Shown here: piece by piece, positions 36,400 to 48,499 of the stretch
Position numbering within the stretch: the stretch's first letter is position 1
Layout: every line of letters starts with the position of its first letter
Source of the DNA: Paraspadella gotoi
Lineage: Eukaryota; Animalia; Chaetognatha
DNA: 64,000 bases
Assembly (NCBI GenBank): GCA_051294375.1
Contig: JBJCIZ010000239.1
Location: 4,776,953-4,840,952 of the forward strand
Direction: 5' to 3'
Program-made: the position numbers and the translations under genes
Notes under the pieces: generated by a model
What the model saw: the letters and a program-made list of their open reading frames with translations, nothing else
The model's database searches: none
Told to the model about the DNA's origin: nothing

Positions 36400-38560
36400 G
36401 AAAGAAAGACGTCAATTAGGATTTCAAACATGAAACGATTCCCTTTGTTCTCCTTAACGCCCGAATCGGTCCGTTAAACCCACTCCACGTTGTCATAAAG
36501 AAGGAGAAATCAGCAGAGAATCTTCTTCCTAAGGCGGAGTTCCACCTCGGCCTGCTTCGTACATCTCATCGTCTGACCGGTCAATGAACTATAAGCTTAG
36601 ACTTACCTCATGACAGCAGAAATTAGATCGCTTGATAATCAGAGCGCTAGAATGCGAGGTACGCCTAGACAAACCTAATCGTACGCGGACAAGTGATTGG
36701 AACCCATAATTCGCAAAGCAGGGATAGGAATTTTGTGATTGTCGCAAGGTTTAAAAAAAAGAAAATTTTACTAAAGATAGAGAGAGAATATTGAATCATA
36801 TATACTATTAGTACTTGCGAGAGGACATCTAGCGGAAGGATATAGATAACGTAACGAAGCGATCGCGTCATTTATTACTCTCGTTTTCCGCGCTATAAAC
36901 GCTGGGCGTCTGTTCTGTGAATTGGAAAGCGGCGAATCACAGTATCTCAACTCTCGCCAGACCAGACCAGTTTCAATGTGTGCACGGTACTTTTTTATTT
37001 TTATTTCTGGTCAAATTTATCACCTTTATCATTAAGATAAAAACATAATATTTTTTCTTAAAGTTTGCTACACATTTTACCGCCGCCAACTGGTCAAACC
37101 AAGACCCGGTGATGATTAAAATGCTGCCGCGACTCGTTTATCTTCCTCTTCCGAATTGCCAATACGGCCTGATGCGATGTATCGCGAAAGAGGACAGAAG
37201 TCCCGTTGTCGGACGGAACGGAGGAGGGAGAAGGAGGGAGGATGATTGACGTGATGCCACGAGAGGAAGACGATGACACCGATAAGGGAAGCGGACAAAT
37301 AAGAGCGGCTAAAAAAGACTATAGTGAGAGAGCTATAAAAAGAACAAATTATAAGAAAGAATCTTTCAATCTGAAGATAGAGTATTTTAATTTTTTTAAT
37401 TTAATTTGTTTCAATACGTTTCCGCAATAGATGAATTTGCCTGGTGTTAACAAATAAATGTCCGTAGATTAAAAAATATTGGTGAGTAATATTTTGAAGA
37501 GAAAGATAATCATGGCCGCGAGGATAGATAGGAAGATGGAACACAAATTAAAATGCGACGAAGAAAAAATAAACCGATAAATCCTTCGTTTCCAACATAT
37601 AAACTACGTTGACAACAAACGCGAGAAAATCGATCGGAAAGTATATTTGAACAGAAGAACTGACGATTCATGGCCTTCGAGCTCAATTAGATAAGAAACT
37701 CACCATCTGTTATTCATCAAAAGGCAGTAGAATTAAACTGCAGTGATGGACCACACCGTCTCCAAAATCATCGATCTCGAGAGAAAGTTTCACGCGGAGA
37801 TCAGTGGAAAGAAGATAGAGTCAGGTTTCGCGTCCGAGATATAGAACGCGCCTAGAGGCGAGAAGAAAACGATCCGGACTTAGAGAACATACAGAAAAAA
37901 AACTTTTCCTTTTTGACAAAGACAAGAGCTACCATCCGAGAGATATACCCGGGACAGCTTGACCATGGACTAACAAGACAGATAACTTTTTTCCTTCTTC
38001 CAAAATAGTTGAGGAGAGTTAGCTAAGAATACCTTGATAAAATATTTATAGTCTTTTTCACGAATAGAAATAATTACGAACGTTCGAAGAGATGGTAATT
38101 TCAACACAGTAAGAATGGAATTCGGATAGCCTTGAAATTTTTGGAAGAAGAAGTAGGGACAAATAATGATTACATTCTAAGTTGCGAGATAATTTTGAAA
38201 CAGGGAACGATATGAGAACGATACTTGCTTGTAGACAAATTTTTAAAATGTATAGAGTTTAGGCACAATTGGAAGAGGGGAAAGATTTTTCGCAATACGG
38301 ATCAGTTTATTAAAGAATTGAAAGAGCCGCTCAATTTGATTTCGACATAAATGTTAATGAAGTAGAAAGGAAATGCATTAGGGGACGGAATAAATTTTGG
38401 AGTAAGACGAGTAAGGCGACAATCCGCTAGAAAGGTGTTAGGAGACTACTGGATGCTACAAATATCACAACATCTTAGCTCTGAGATTGCGCACATAGCT
38501 AAACTTGTTAGATCCCGCGGCATATTGATTCTAAAAAGTACGGACTTAAAAAAAGGGTGA
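36400..38560 (+). mobile_element. Decayed DIRS-like retrotransposon (RT, RNase H, methyltransferase-like region, possible YR N-terminus)
   Basis: GQ*TISLDL (36585), NIESYILLVLA...TLVFRAIN (36790-36900, DD missing), VDN..YLN and FIKRQ*N*TA (37608-37742), PWTNKTDNFFPSSKI (37963), in DIRS order and roughly DIRS spacing. Confidence 0.45.
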
Positions 38561-38844
38561 AAATATAAATAAGGAAACTAAAAAGAGGAAAACTCTGAAT
38601 GGAAGAAGAAAGATAATAAGACAGTGAGAAGAAAATGAAATGAAAGAAAAAAATGAAAGGAAGAGAAAAAAAAATGGCGGAGAGCTTTAGACGAAACAAT
38701 GGAAATCTCTTTCATCCTCGATACTTTCAGTTGTCGTTTTTGTTGTTGTTGTTGTAGTCGTCGTTGTCGTTTGATGAGATTGATGTTAGTGTAGTTTTTT
38801 CTTGGATATATTTGGTATAACAAAATTATAAATTATCTATAAAA

Positions 38845-39008
38845 CAATAAATAAGCTATCTTGCCCCTGACTTTGGACGGGCTATTGTGATTTAAGTTCT
38901 CCATCACTCTTACGAGTTCATGACATAGCACCTCCCTGCCAGCTTTTTAATCAAGACTCTCTCACAGTCTTGTTTATTCACTCCCAGAGTACCTTGGCTT
39001 CCCTATGA
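38845..39008 (+). repeat. Dispersed repeat family B, copy
   Basis: caataaataagctatcttgcccctgactttggac...tcaagactctctcacagtct...ggcttccctatgaat. Confidence 0.8.
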
Positions 39009-42000
39009 ATGAATGTTTCAAAGAAGGTTTTAATTGTATGAAAGTATCACTCCCTTATACGTATATATTTTTAAAACCTAATGTTATTTTAAGTTTGAAA
39101 TTTAGCTCACAATCGCTGCCCTTGGAAATCAACTGAACAGTGAAGCGAAGAAAGATTAAAAATTTACGGAAATTAGATTAAAAATTTGGAGGGGGGAAAG
39201 AAAATTGAAGGGAAAGTAAAAAAAAGAAGAAAATTCAGGTGAGAGAAACTTGAAACTTCAACATAAAAGCTTTTGTTTTTTAATTAAGAAACAAGTTTGA
39301 GCAAACAATGTCGGATCTGCCAACGACCTTTTAGCGGAAATTAATTAATTAATTATTTTGATTCCAAATGTTTGTTTTTAGGTATTTTCGTCACTGACCA
39401 CNNNNNNNNNNNNNNNNNNNNNNNNNNNNNNNNNNNNNNNNNNNNNNNNNNNNNNNNNNNNNNNNNNNNNNNNNNNNNNNNNNNNNNNNNNNNNNNNNNN
39501 NNNNNNNNNNNNNNNNNNNNNNNNNNNNNNNNNNNNNNNNNNNNNNNNNNNNNNNNNNNNNNNNNNNNNNNNNNNNNNNNNNNNNNNNNNNNNNNNNNNN
39601 NNNNNNNNNNNNNNNNNNNNNNNNNNNNNNNNNNNNNNNNNNNNNNNNNNNNNNNNNNNNNNNNNNNNNNNNNNNNNNNNNNNNNNNNNNNNNNNNNNNN
39701 NNNNNNNNNNNNNNNNNNNNNNNNNNNNNNNNNNNNNNNNNNNNNNNNNNNNNNNNNNNNNNNNNNNNNNNNNNNNNNNNNNNNNNNNNNNNNNNNNNNN
39801 NNNNNNNNNNNNNNNNNNNNNNNNNNNNNNNNNNNNNNNNNNNNNNNNNNNNNNNNNNNNNNNNNNNNNNNNNNNNNNNNNNNNNNNNNNNNNNNNNNNN
39901 NNNNNNNNNNNNNNNNNNNNNNNNNNNNNNNNNNNNNNNNNNNNNNNNNNNNNNNNNNNNNNNNNNNNNNNNNNNNNNNNNNNNNNNNNNNNNNNNNNNN
40001 NNNNNNNNNNNNNNNNNNNNNNNNNNNNNNNNNNNNNNNNNNNNNNNNNNNNNNNNNNNNNNNNNNNNNNNNNNNNNNNNNNNNNNNNNNNNNNNNNNNN
40101 NNNNNNNNNNNNNNNNNNNNNNNNNNNNNNNNNNNNNNNNNNNNNNNNNNNNNNNNNNNNNNNNNNNNNNNNNNNNNNNNNNNNNNNNNNNNNNNNNNNN
40201 NNNNNNNNNNNNNNNNNNNNNNNNNNNNNNNNNNNNNNNNNNNNNNNNNNNNNNNNNNNNNNNNNNNNNNNNNNNNNNNNNNNNNNNNNNNNNNNNNNNN
40301 NNNNNNNNNNNNNNNNNNNNNNNNNNNNNNNNNNNNNNNNNNNNNNNNNNNNNNNNNNNNTCACTGCCAGAGACAAGCACGGACGGACGCTTGTTGGATT
40401 GGCGTGCGAGCGGACAATAACGCCGGATACGACACTGAGCCTGTACTTGGGATTGAAGTTGATAGGGATAATAATATACATACTATAATTAATAATATTA
40501 ATTAAATTGACTGATTATTCATTATTGTATTGAAATTAAATGGATTGAATAAAGGATGATTAATTAATTATTAATTTGTTAGTGAATTAATTTTAATACT
40601 TTGGATTTACATAAAAAATAAAACTTTTGTTTTTTTTTTGTTTTTTTTCATTTAAAACGCTATTTCACCCGGCTTCAGTACTTTATAAGTTTTTTATTTT
40701 TATAATGAATTTATAACTAGAAATGATATTTACAAGGCGCGAGAGGGATATAGATCGTTATTTCCTCATTTACTTTGTTTTTATTTGAAACAATCATTAA
40801 AACAATTTTGTTCCTTTTGTCGTAGCTAATCGAATTCCCGGTCGGACGCCGTTTACATTAAAGTTTTTTTTTCTTGTTTAAAAAAAAAAAAGAAAGGAAC
40901 AAGGAAGAGAATCGAAAAGGTAGGAAGCGAACACGAGAGAAGAGAGGGGGAAGGGAAAAAGAAAGAAGAAGAGAAAGAAGGAAAAAAGAAAAAAGAAAGA
41001 AGAAAAAAAGAAAGAGGAAAGAAAAACGAAAGAAAGAAAGAAAGAAAACGAAGGAAAGACCGAAGAAGGAAAAAGAAGAGAAGAAAGTAAACGAGAAGAA
41101 AGACGTAGAAAGAAGAAAAGAGACTAGTGCTTGTAAAGTGAGAGAGGAAAGCATTGTAATTTGGGAATAGGGGACACATGCGTTGTAACCGGGGATTCAG
41201 GTAAGACGGGTAGTAAAGCACCGGGCCGGGACGGGTAAGGAATGTGCTACGTAATCAAGATGCTGAGGCGATATGCTTACGCCGCCGTCGCTTAGCGGGT
41301 AGGAGAGCGACGAACAACGACGGACGCGTGACGACGACGCGAGATGAAAGGAGGTGACAAAAGACCATTGAATATGAGATCATGGCTACAAAAGGATGAG
41401 GATCTCTTCTGTTTTGGAGTAAAAGGAAAGAAGGAGGGAGGTAGGGGAGGAAGAGAAAAGAAAAGAAGGAAGTAAGGAGGTAAGAGAAAAGAAAAGAAAT
41501 GAAAATGTAAAGGAGGAAGGGAGGAAAGTTCAATGAACAGAAATGGAATAATGTAAGAGGGAGAGATGTTGAGAAAACACGAGAGAAAAAAAAAACCTGA
41601 TGAATCACGAAGGTTAGATTAAAATAAGAAAAGGAGAGGAAAAATAAACGGGGAAAGAGGGAGGAACGAGAAGAAAGGAAAGGTAAAAAAAATGGGAAGG
41701 AAAAGGACCAAAAAAAAAAAGGAGAGGAAGGAGGAAGAGAAGGAGGCGGAATACGATAAAGAATTTACCAGATTAAGGAAAAGATAAGAAATTCGAGGCT
41801 TAGTAGAGAAAAAGGAGATCCCGCTAGTTGGAGGTGTTGCGCGGAAGTGATTATTTTTTAGTACGTTCTCAAACTGTCATGTTTATGAGCGAGGTAAACT
41901 TGGCGGAAGGCCAGACTACATGTATAATACCTTATTTTTCAGTATTATTTAAAATAAAATGTGTTGTAAATATTTAAAACAGACGGACCGACCGACCGAG

Positions 42001-42725
42001 TAAACGACTTCAAAGAGTTTCTTCGCAAGCACTCGCGGCGCGACTTAAAATTTCTAAAAAAAAAAAGTGTGAGTTTTATAAAAGAAAAAAAGTGAAATGA
42101 TTACAATGAAGGCGACATTTTGTGATCGGTGGTTCGGGCGACGACCGAAAACTTTGAAATTGAAAAAGAAAATGACGAAAAGAAAATTTGGTTAAGAAAA
42201 AAAATACAAAACATGAGAACAAAAAAAAAAAAGAAAGAAGAAAAAGAGAGAAGAGGAGGAATGAGAAAGAAGAGAAGCAAAGAAGAGAAGATAGAGAAGG
42301 AAGTGAAGAAGATCAAGAAGGAAGAGAAGAGAAGAGAAGAGAAGAGAAGAGAAGAAAGAGAAGAGAAGAGAAGAGAAGAGAAGAGAAGAGAAGAGAAAAG
42401 GAATAAGAAAACAAAAAAGAAAAAAGAAAAAGTAAAAAGTAGGAAGAAAAAAGAAAGAAATTTAAATGTAATGTAATTAATTTAAAGCATATTGTTAAAA
42501 CTAAAGCATTACCTTTTTTTTAAAACGTGGCAAATGACAGTTTTCTTTGTCCCTAAACATAAAATTGAATATTGATTGATTGAACGATTGGGTAACTGTG
42601 AAAGAGAGGGAAGGGAGGGAGATGAGAAGAGAGAGGAGGAGAGAAGAGAGAGGAGAGATAGAGGAGAGAGAGAGAGAGAGAGAAGAGAGAGAAGAGAGAA
42701 GGAAGAGAGAGAGTAGAGAGAGAGA

Positions 42726-42762
<37 letters not shown>

Positions 42763-43237
42763 TGAAAGCGGGGACGGAGTAAGATTGAGAGGTTTTTGAG
42801 ATAAATGGAAAAAGGAAGAAGAGGGGGGAAGAGGAGGAGGAGGAAGATGGGGTAGTAGGAGGATGAGGAGGAGGAAAAGGAGGAGAAGTTGGGGGAAGAA
42901 AAAAAAAAAACAAGATGGAGAAAAAAAATTTCGAGAAAAGAAAAAAAGTTGTCACAAAAAGTGGATGATGAAAAAAGTCTTTTTGACGATAAACGACGAC
43001 CGAAGACGACAACAATGACGAAAGAAATGATGAGAGAGAGAAAGAGAGAGGAGAAAGGAGAGAAGAGAGAGAAGAGAGAGAGAGAAGAGAGGAGAGAGAG
43101 AGACGGAGAGAGAGAGAGAGAAGAAGAGAGAAATTGTTAAATAAAAAATAAAAAAAACGTAAAGTAAACTCATGGAAAAAGAAAAGAAATATCGAACAAG
43201 AAATAATAAGATTTAGGCACAAAAGAAAGAGGAATGG

Positions 43238-43430
43238 GAATCCATTCCAACCAATTCCATCCAATCAATTCCATTCCAATCAATTCCATTCCCATCAATT
43301 TCATTCCAATAAATTTCATTCCAATAAATTCCATTCCAATCAATTCCATTCCAATCAATTCCATTCCCGTCAATTTCATTCCAATCAATTCCATTCCAAT
43401 CAATTCCATTCCAATCAAATATATTCCATT
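43238..43430 (+). repeat. (ATTCC)n-type satellite with 15 bp higher-order unit CCAATCAATTCCATT
   Basis: Direct inspection; produces the IPINS/GMELI pseudo-ORFs. Confidence 0.9.
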
Positions 43431-43529
43431 ATCAGCATCGGTTACCAACTCTTCAAATCACAACAATTTACAAAAACAACAACAACAACAACAACCAGAG
43501 GAAAAGGTTTTACTGGACAGATGATGAAA

Positions 43530-43685
43530 GGGAGTGACAGATGGTGACAGACTGCGGAAGAGATGGTGACAGGCTGGGGAAGAGATGGTGACAGGCTGGG
43601 GAAGAGAGTGTGACAGGCAGGGTTGAAGATGGTGACGAGTGAGAGACAGATGTTTACCGTCGGGAAAGAGATGGTGACAGGTGAC
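43530..43685 (+). repeat. ~22 bp minisatellite (GAGATGGTGACAGGCTGGGGAA)
   Basis: Repeated agatggtgacag cores. Confidence 0.8.
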
Positions 43686-43704
43686 ATACGAAGAATTCAA
43701 AATG

Positions 43705-43838
43705 AGTCAAAGTAAGGCAAGGCAAGTCAAGGCAAGGCAAGGGAAATCGAGGCGAGGCAAGACAAGTCATAGTAAGGCGAGGCAAGGCTAGGCAAGGCGA
43801 GGCAAGTCAAGGTAAGGCAAGGCTAAGCAAGGCAAGGA
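43705..43838 (+). repeat. (AAGGC)n pentamer repeat
   Basis: aaggcaaggcaagtcaaggcaaggc... Confidence 0.85.
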
Positions 43839-44089
43839 TAGTTTTTAAAGAAGATAAAAAAAGAAAANNNNNNNNNNNNNNNNNNNNNNNNNAAGAATAG
43901 GAATAGAAAAGTATGAAAAAGAATTTGGAAGAGAATTTTATAAAAATGGATAAATTAAATAATGATACTAAAAATTAATCGACATAATGAGTCGATATGT
44001 GAATGATAAAATGGGAAAAAGCGCAGAAAACTTAAATGATAAAAATAACAGCAACGCGACTGAATTTATATGAGAGAGAGTAGAGTACA

Positions 44090-44341
44090 CTAGACGATAG
44101 AAGCCCGCAAGATCAAATGTACGGAGACGAATGACACGATGTTCACGGGCGACCCAAGTTGAAGGGATTTTCCGTGGTTCACGTGATTAATTTTGATCAC
44201 GGAGTTATATGTCAAGGCGTTGGTAGAAAATGTAAAGTACGTTGTATCGTAATCACACGCTTTAGAACTCACCAAGAGGTGACATTAAATCCCCAAAATC
44301 ACCAGAAGAAGAGAGAATAATCGAGGAGCCTGCGACTTCAT
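44090..44341 (-). CDS. Candidate secreted-protein exon or pseudo-exon with an in-frame TAA at codon 19
   Basis: MKSQAPRLFSLLLVILGI*CHLLVSSKACDYDTTYFTFSTNALTYNSVIKINHVNHG...; TAA at 44285-44287; a GTGAGT donor lies at ~44272. Confidence 0.3.
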
Positions 44342-44489
44342 GTCAGCGCATGAGAATAAGTTGGCTACGGAAGAAGAGAAAAAAGGAGAAGAGGGTTCGT
44401 GATTTAGAAATAAAGAGACCGCCATCTCTAAAAATTGAAAAAAAAAATGAACCTACTTTTGAAAAATGTATACATTCGTTCAACAAAAG

Positions 44490-44585
44490 TTGCCCCTGAT
44501 TATGTTCAGGATCTCTCTTAAAATATGAAATAACATAAGAAGACCCCGTAGGCTTTCAATCAAGACTCTCTCACAATCTAGTTCA
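44490..44585 (+). repeat. Dispersed repeat family B, degenerate copy
   Basis: ttgcccctga ... gctttcaatcaagactctctcaca. Confidence 0.6.
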
Positions 44586-45819
44586 TTAATACGCATATAT
44601 GTTGAGGTTAAAATGTTTGTTAGTTCAAATTTCCGGCACATCGCTTTTTCGACATCCAGATCCAGAAAGAAAAATGGGTAGTCATTCGAAAATTATTAGG
44701 AAAATTATGACTTGAAAATACAAAACAAAAAAGGGAAGAACAAAAGAAAGAAATAAAAAAATAAGAAAGAAAGAATGTAAGAAAATAAAAGATGAAATAA
44801 AGAAGGAAAGGAATAGAAAAAAATTAGAAAAGGAATGAAAAAAAAGAAAGAAAAGTGAACAAGAAAGGTAAAAAGACAAGGAGATAAAGGAGCTACTCAG
44901 AAAGAGAGAGAGAGAGTGTGAAACCCGTTTGATTAAATGGATCCAGATATTAGGACTAAGTGAAAAGAGAAAGATGAGAATTTTCATATNNNNNNNNNNN
45001 NNNNNNNNNNNNNNNNNNNNNNNNNNNNNNNNNNNNNNNNNNNNNNNNNNNNNNNNNNNNNNNNNNNNNNNNNNNNNNNNNNNNNNNNNNNNNNNNNNNN
45101 NNNNNNNNNNNNNNNNNNNNNNNNNNNNNNNNNNNNNNNNNNNNNNNNNNNNNNNNNNNNNNNNNNNNNNNNNNNNNNNNNNNNNNNNNNNNNNNNNNNN
45201 NNNNNNNNNNNNNNNNNNNNNNNNNNNNNNNNNNNNNNNNNNNNNNNNNNNNNNNNNNNNNNNNNNNNNNNNNNNNNNNNNNNNNNNNNNNNNNNNNNNN
45301 NNNNNNNNNNNNNNNNNNNNNNNNNNNNNNNNNNNNNNNNNNNNNNNNNNNNNNNNNNNNNNNNNNNNNNNNNNNNNNNNNNNNNNNNNNNNNNNNNNNN
45401 NNNNNNNNNNNNNNNNNNNNNNNNNNNNNNNNNNNNNNNNNNNNNNNNNNNNNNNNNNNNNNNNNNNNNNNNNNNNNNNNNNNNNNNNNNNNNNNNNNNN
45501 NNNNNNNNNNNNNNNNNNNNNNNNNNNNNNNNNNNNNNNNNNNNNNNNNNNNNNNNNNNNNNNNNNNNNNNNNNNNNNNNNNNNNNNNNNNNNNNNNNNN
45601 NNNNNNNNNNNNNNNNNNNNNNNNNNNNNNNNNNNNNNNNNNNNNNNNNNNNNNNNNNNNNNNNNNNNNNNNNNNNNNNNNNNNNNNNNNNNNNNNNNNN
45701 NNNNNNNNNNNNNNNNNNNNNNNNTTAGTAGCAGGAATGATTGGTCTTCAGGGAAATTTTTTTTCCGAAGAAAATTATACCTGATGCTAATCAATAACCA
45801 AATCATTTATCTTATTGAC

Positions 45820-45927
45820 TAACCTAATCTTTAATCTAATCTTTAACCTCAAGTTTAATTGTAACAAAAAAAAATTAACCTAAATCCGAATTTAGGATGA
45901 AATGGGGCGCTCTGTGAAAATAAGGTC
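45820..45927. mobile_element. TTAGGG-containing MITE, partial copy in C-rich orientation
   Basis: ctaacctaatc... gaatttaggatgaaatggggcgctctgtgaaaataagg terminus. Confidence 0.6.
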
Positions 45928-46267
45928 TTTTCGTCTCTTGCTTCTTCTCTCGTCCCTACTCTGCATGTCATGTCTCAACCTTCATGTTCTCCTTGATCTG
46001 GTTTTATAATATTTCTTAATAATTTGTGATTTATTATTTATGATTTATTCGGNNNNNNNNNNNNNNNNNNNNNNNNNNNNNNNNNNNNNNNNNNNNNNNN
46101 NNNNNNNNNNNNNNNNNNNNNNNNNNNNNNNNNNNNNNNNNNNNNNNNNNNNNNNNNNNNNNNNNNNNNNNNNNNNNNNNGATCAAAAAGAAAAATTGGA
46201 AAAAAAAGATTTTAGCCAAAAAAAAAGTGAATCTGGAACAAATCAAAAAAGTAGAGCCGGAAAAGCT

Positions 46268-46356
46268 TTTGGCGAATGTCGAATGGCGAATGTCGAATGG
46301 CAAATGGCATTTGGCGAATGGCATTTGGCGAATGGCATTTGGCGAATGGCGAATGG
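46268..46356 (+). repeat. Short tandem repeat (TGGCGAA / TGGCATT units)
   Basis: tggcgaatggcatttggcgaatggcattt... Confidence 0.85.
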
Positions 46357-48499
46357 TGTTTGTTTACAAAAAATCAAATGCTAAGAGAATCGTGTTATCT
46401 TTTTTACTCGAACGTTTAGCCGGACACATCGTTCTAATCTAAGGACAGGGATAACTCAACCAAAAATTGTAGTAATCTCAATATGCCCTGTATTAATAAC
46501 TCAACTTAACAATTCAACCAAAAATTGTATATATATAATTGGTTGCTCATTTGTTAAGACAGGAAAAAACTCAAATCTAGGTGACTGCTAGCACCGCCTT
46601 CAGGAAATCCTAAAACTATAAAGAATAAAAGACGGAACTCGGATGCAGTCCGTATCATAAATACACAGGCTAAGAAAGTTATTATAGTTATGTAGTCATG
46701 TCAAATCATGTAGTCATGTTATCACAGGGAAATACATATGAAAATAAAACCACTGCGGCGCAACACATAGGATGAACCGATCTTGTTTTTTAAACTCCCT
46801 CGTAATACTATTAGTACTTGTAAAGATATGGCCCCCTTTCTCCCCCTTATTTATTTTGTTTGCCTTTTGTAATTACCGTTTCTGCCGATAGATGTCTCTT
46901 TTCTTTTCTTTAAGAGATTTCACTCCTCTTTTCTTTTCTTACCAGATATTCTAGGCCACATGTAGATACTTAGGTCTTTTCCGCCCGTCATCAAACTGCC
47001 TAGGACGCCCTTCATGTCACCATCCGTCATGAAGTAATGTCATGGCCCTAGAGCCCACCATGAGACCACACTCCGAGAGACTCGTGAACGTACTTGTGGT
47101 CAGACTATAGTCTCCGTCATAGACGCGGCCACGCCCACTTCCGGAGACGTCAGCGAGGGACGCGGAGGACGGCGAAGCAGAGGCGACTTCAGGGACGCAC
47201 GGCAAGTGTTCTTACAGTACTAATACTAATACTACTAATACTATTAATAATAGTCAAATTTTCCCTCCCATCATCCCCCGACATTTTTTTCTGTCGCTTC
47301 ATCTGCATAAACTCACCTCCTTATTCCCCATAAAAAAAAACCCCCGCGCCTCCCCGAGGTGATATCCGGTCTCGGGTCTTTTTTCGATCCCGGAGAAGGA
47401 ACTACTTTTTTTGTTGGGGGGGGNNNNNNNNNNNNNNNNNNNNNNNNNNNNNNNNNNNNNNNNNNNNNNNNNNNNNNNNNNNNNNNNNNNNNNNNNNNNN
47501 NNNNNNNNNNNNNNNNNNNNNNNNNNNNNNNNNNNNNNNNNNNNNNNNNNNNNNNNNNNNNNNNNNNNNNNNNNNNNNNNNNNNNNNNNNNNNNNNNNNN
47601 NNNNNNNNNNNNNNNNNNNNNNNNNNNNNNNNNNNNNNNNNNNNNNNNNNNNNNNNNNNNNNNNNNNNNNNNNNNNNNNNNNNNNNNNNNNNNNNNNNNN
47701 NNNNNNNNNNNNNNNNNNNNNNNNNNNNNNNNNNNNNNNNNNNNNNNNNNNNNNNNNNNNNNNNNNNNNNNNNNNNNNNNNNNNNNNNNNNNNNNNNNNN
47801 NNNNNNNNNNNNNNNNNNNNNNNNNNNNNNNNNNNNNNNNNNNNNNNNNNNNNNNNNNNNNNNNNNNNNNNNNNNNNNNNNNNNNNNNNNNNNNNNNNNN
47901 NNNNNNNNNNNNNNNNNNNNNNNNNNNNNNNNNNNNNNNNNNNNNNNNNNNNNNNNNNNNNNNNNNNNNNNNNNNNNNNNNNNNNNNNNNNNNNNNNNNN
48001 NNNNNNNNNNNNNNNNNNNNNNNNNNNNNNNNNNNNNNNNNNNNNNNNNNNNNNNNNNNNNNGAGCGAAAAGAGAAGCTGAAAAAATTTGAAGAAGGTTT
48101 ACAGAAATAAGAGAGAGAAATAAACAAAATATGAAAAGAAGGGAGAAAAAAAAGGAAAGAAACTATGAAAAGAAGGAGAGAGAAAAATAATTTGAGGGAA
48201 GAGAAAAAAAAAAGAAAACGGGGACGGAGGAGAAAAAAGGGAGAAAAAGAGAAAAAGAAGAAAAAAAGAGAAAAAGAAGAAAANNNNNNNNNNNNNNNNN
48301 NNNNNNNNNNNNNNNNNNNNNNNNNNNNNNNNNNNNNNNNNNNNNNNNNNNNNNNNNNNNNNNNNNNNNNNNNNNNNNNNNNNNNNNNNNNNNNNNNNNN
48401 NNNNNNNNNNNNNNNNNNNNNNNNNNNNNNNNNNNNNNNNNNNNNNNNNNNNNNNNNNNNNNNNNNNNNNNNNNNNNNNNNNNNNNNNNNNNNNNNNTC

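Noticed and set aside
39372-40505. Long ORFs spanning N runs (also at 16.2, 23.6, 24.2, 26.4, 45.0, 47.4, 50.4, 59.7 and 62.6 kb)
   Set aside because: They are open only because N codons contain no stops.
43234-43524. IPINS/GMELI repeat protein, or human satellite III contamination
   Set aside because: A 15 bp DNA unit explains the ORFs on both strands; the array is short and continuous with native-looking flanks.
46944-47210. GC-rich exon-like segment (similar ones at 1170-1450, 24520-24720, 40361-40441, 41130-41410, 57270-57460 and 63440-63620)
   Set aside because: Possibly real exons, but several frames and both strands read equally well and no family is recognisable, so no call was made.
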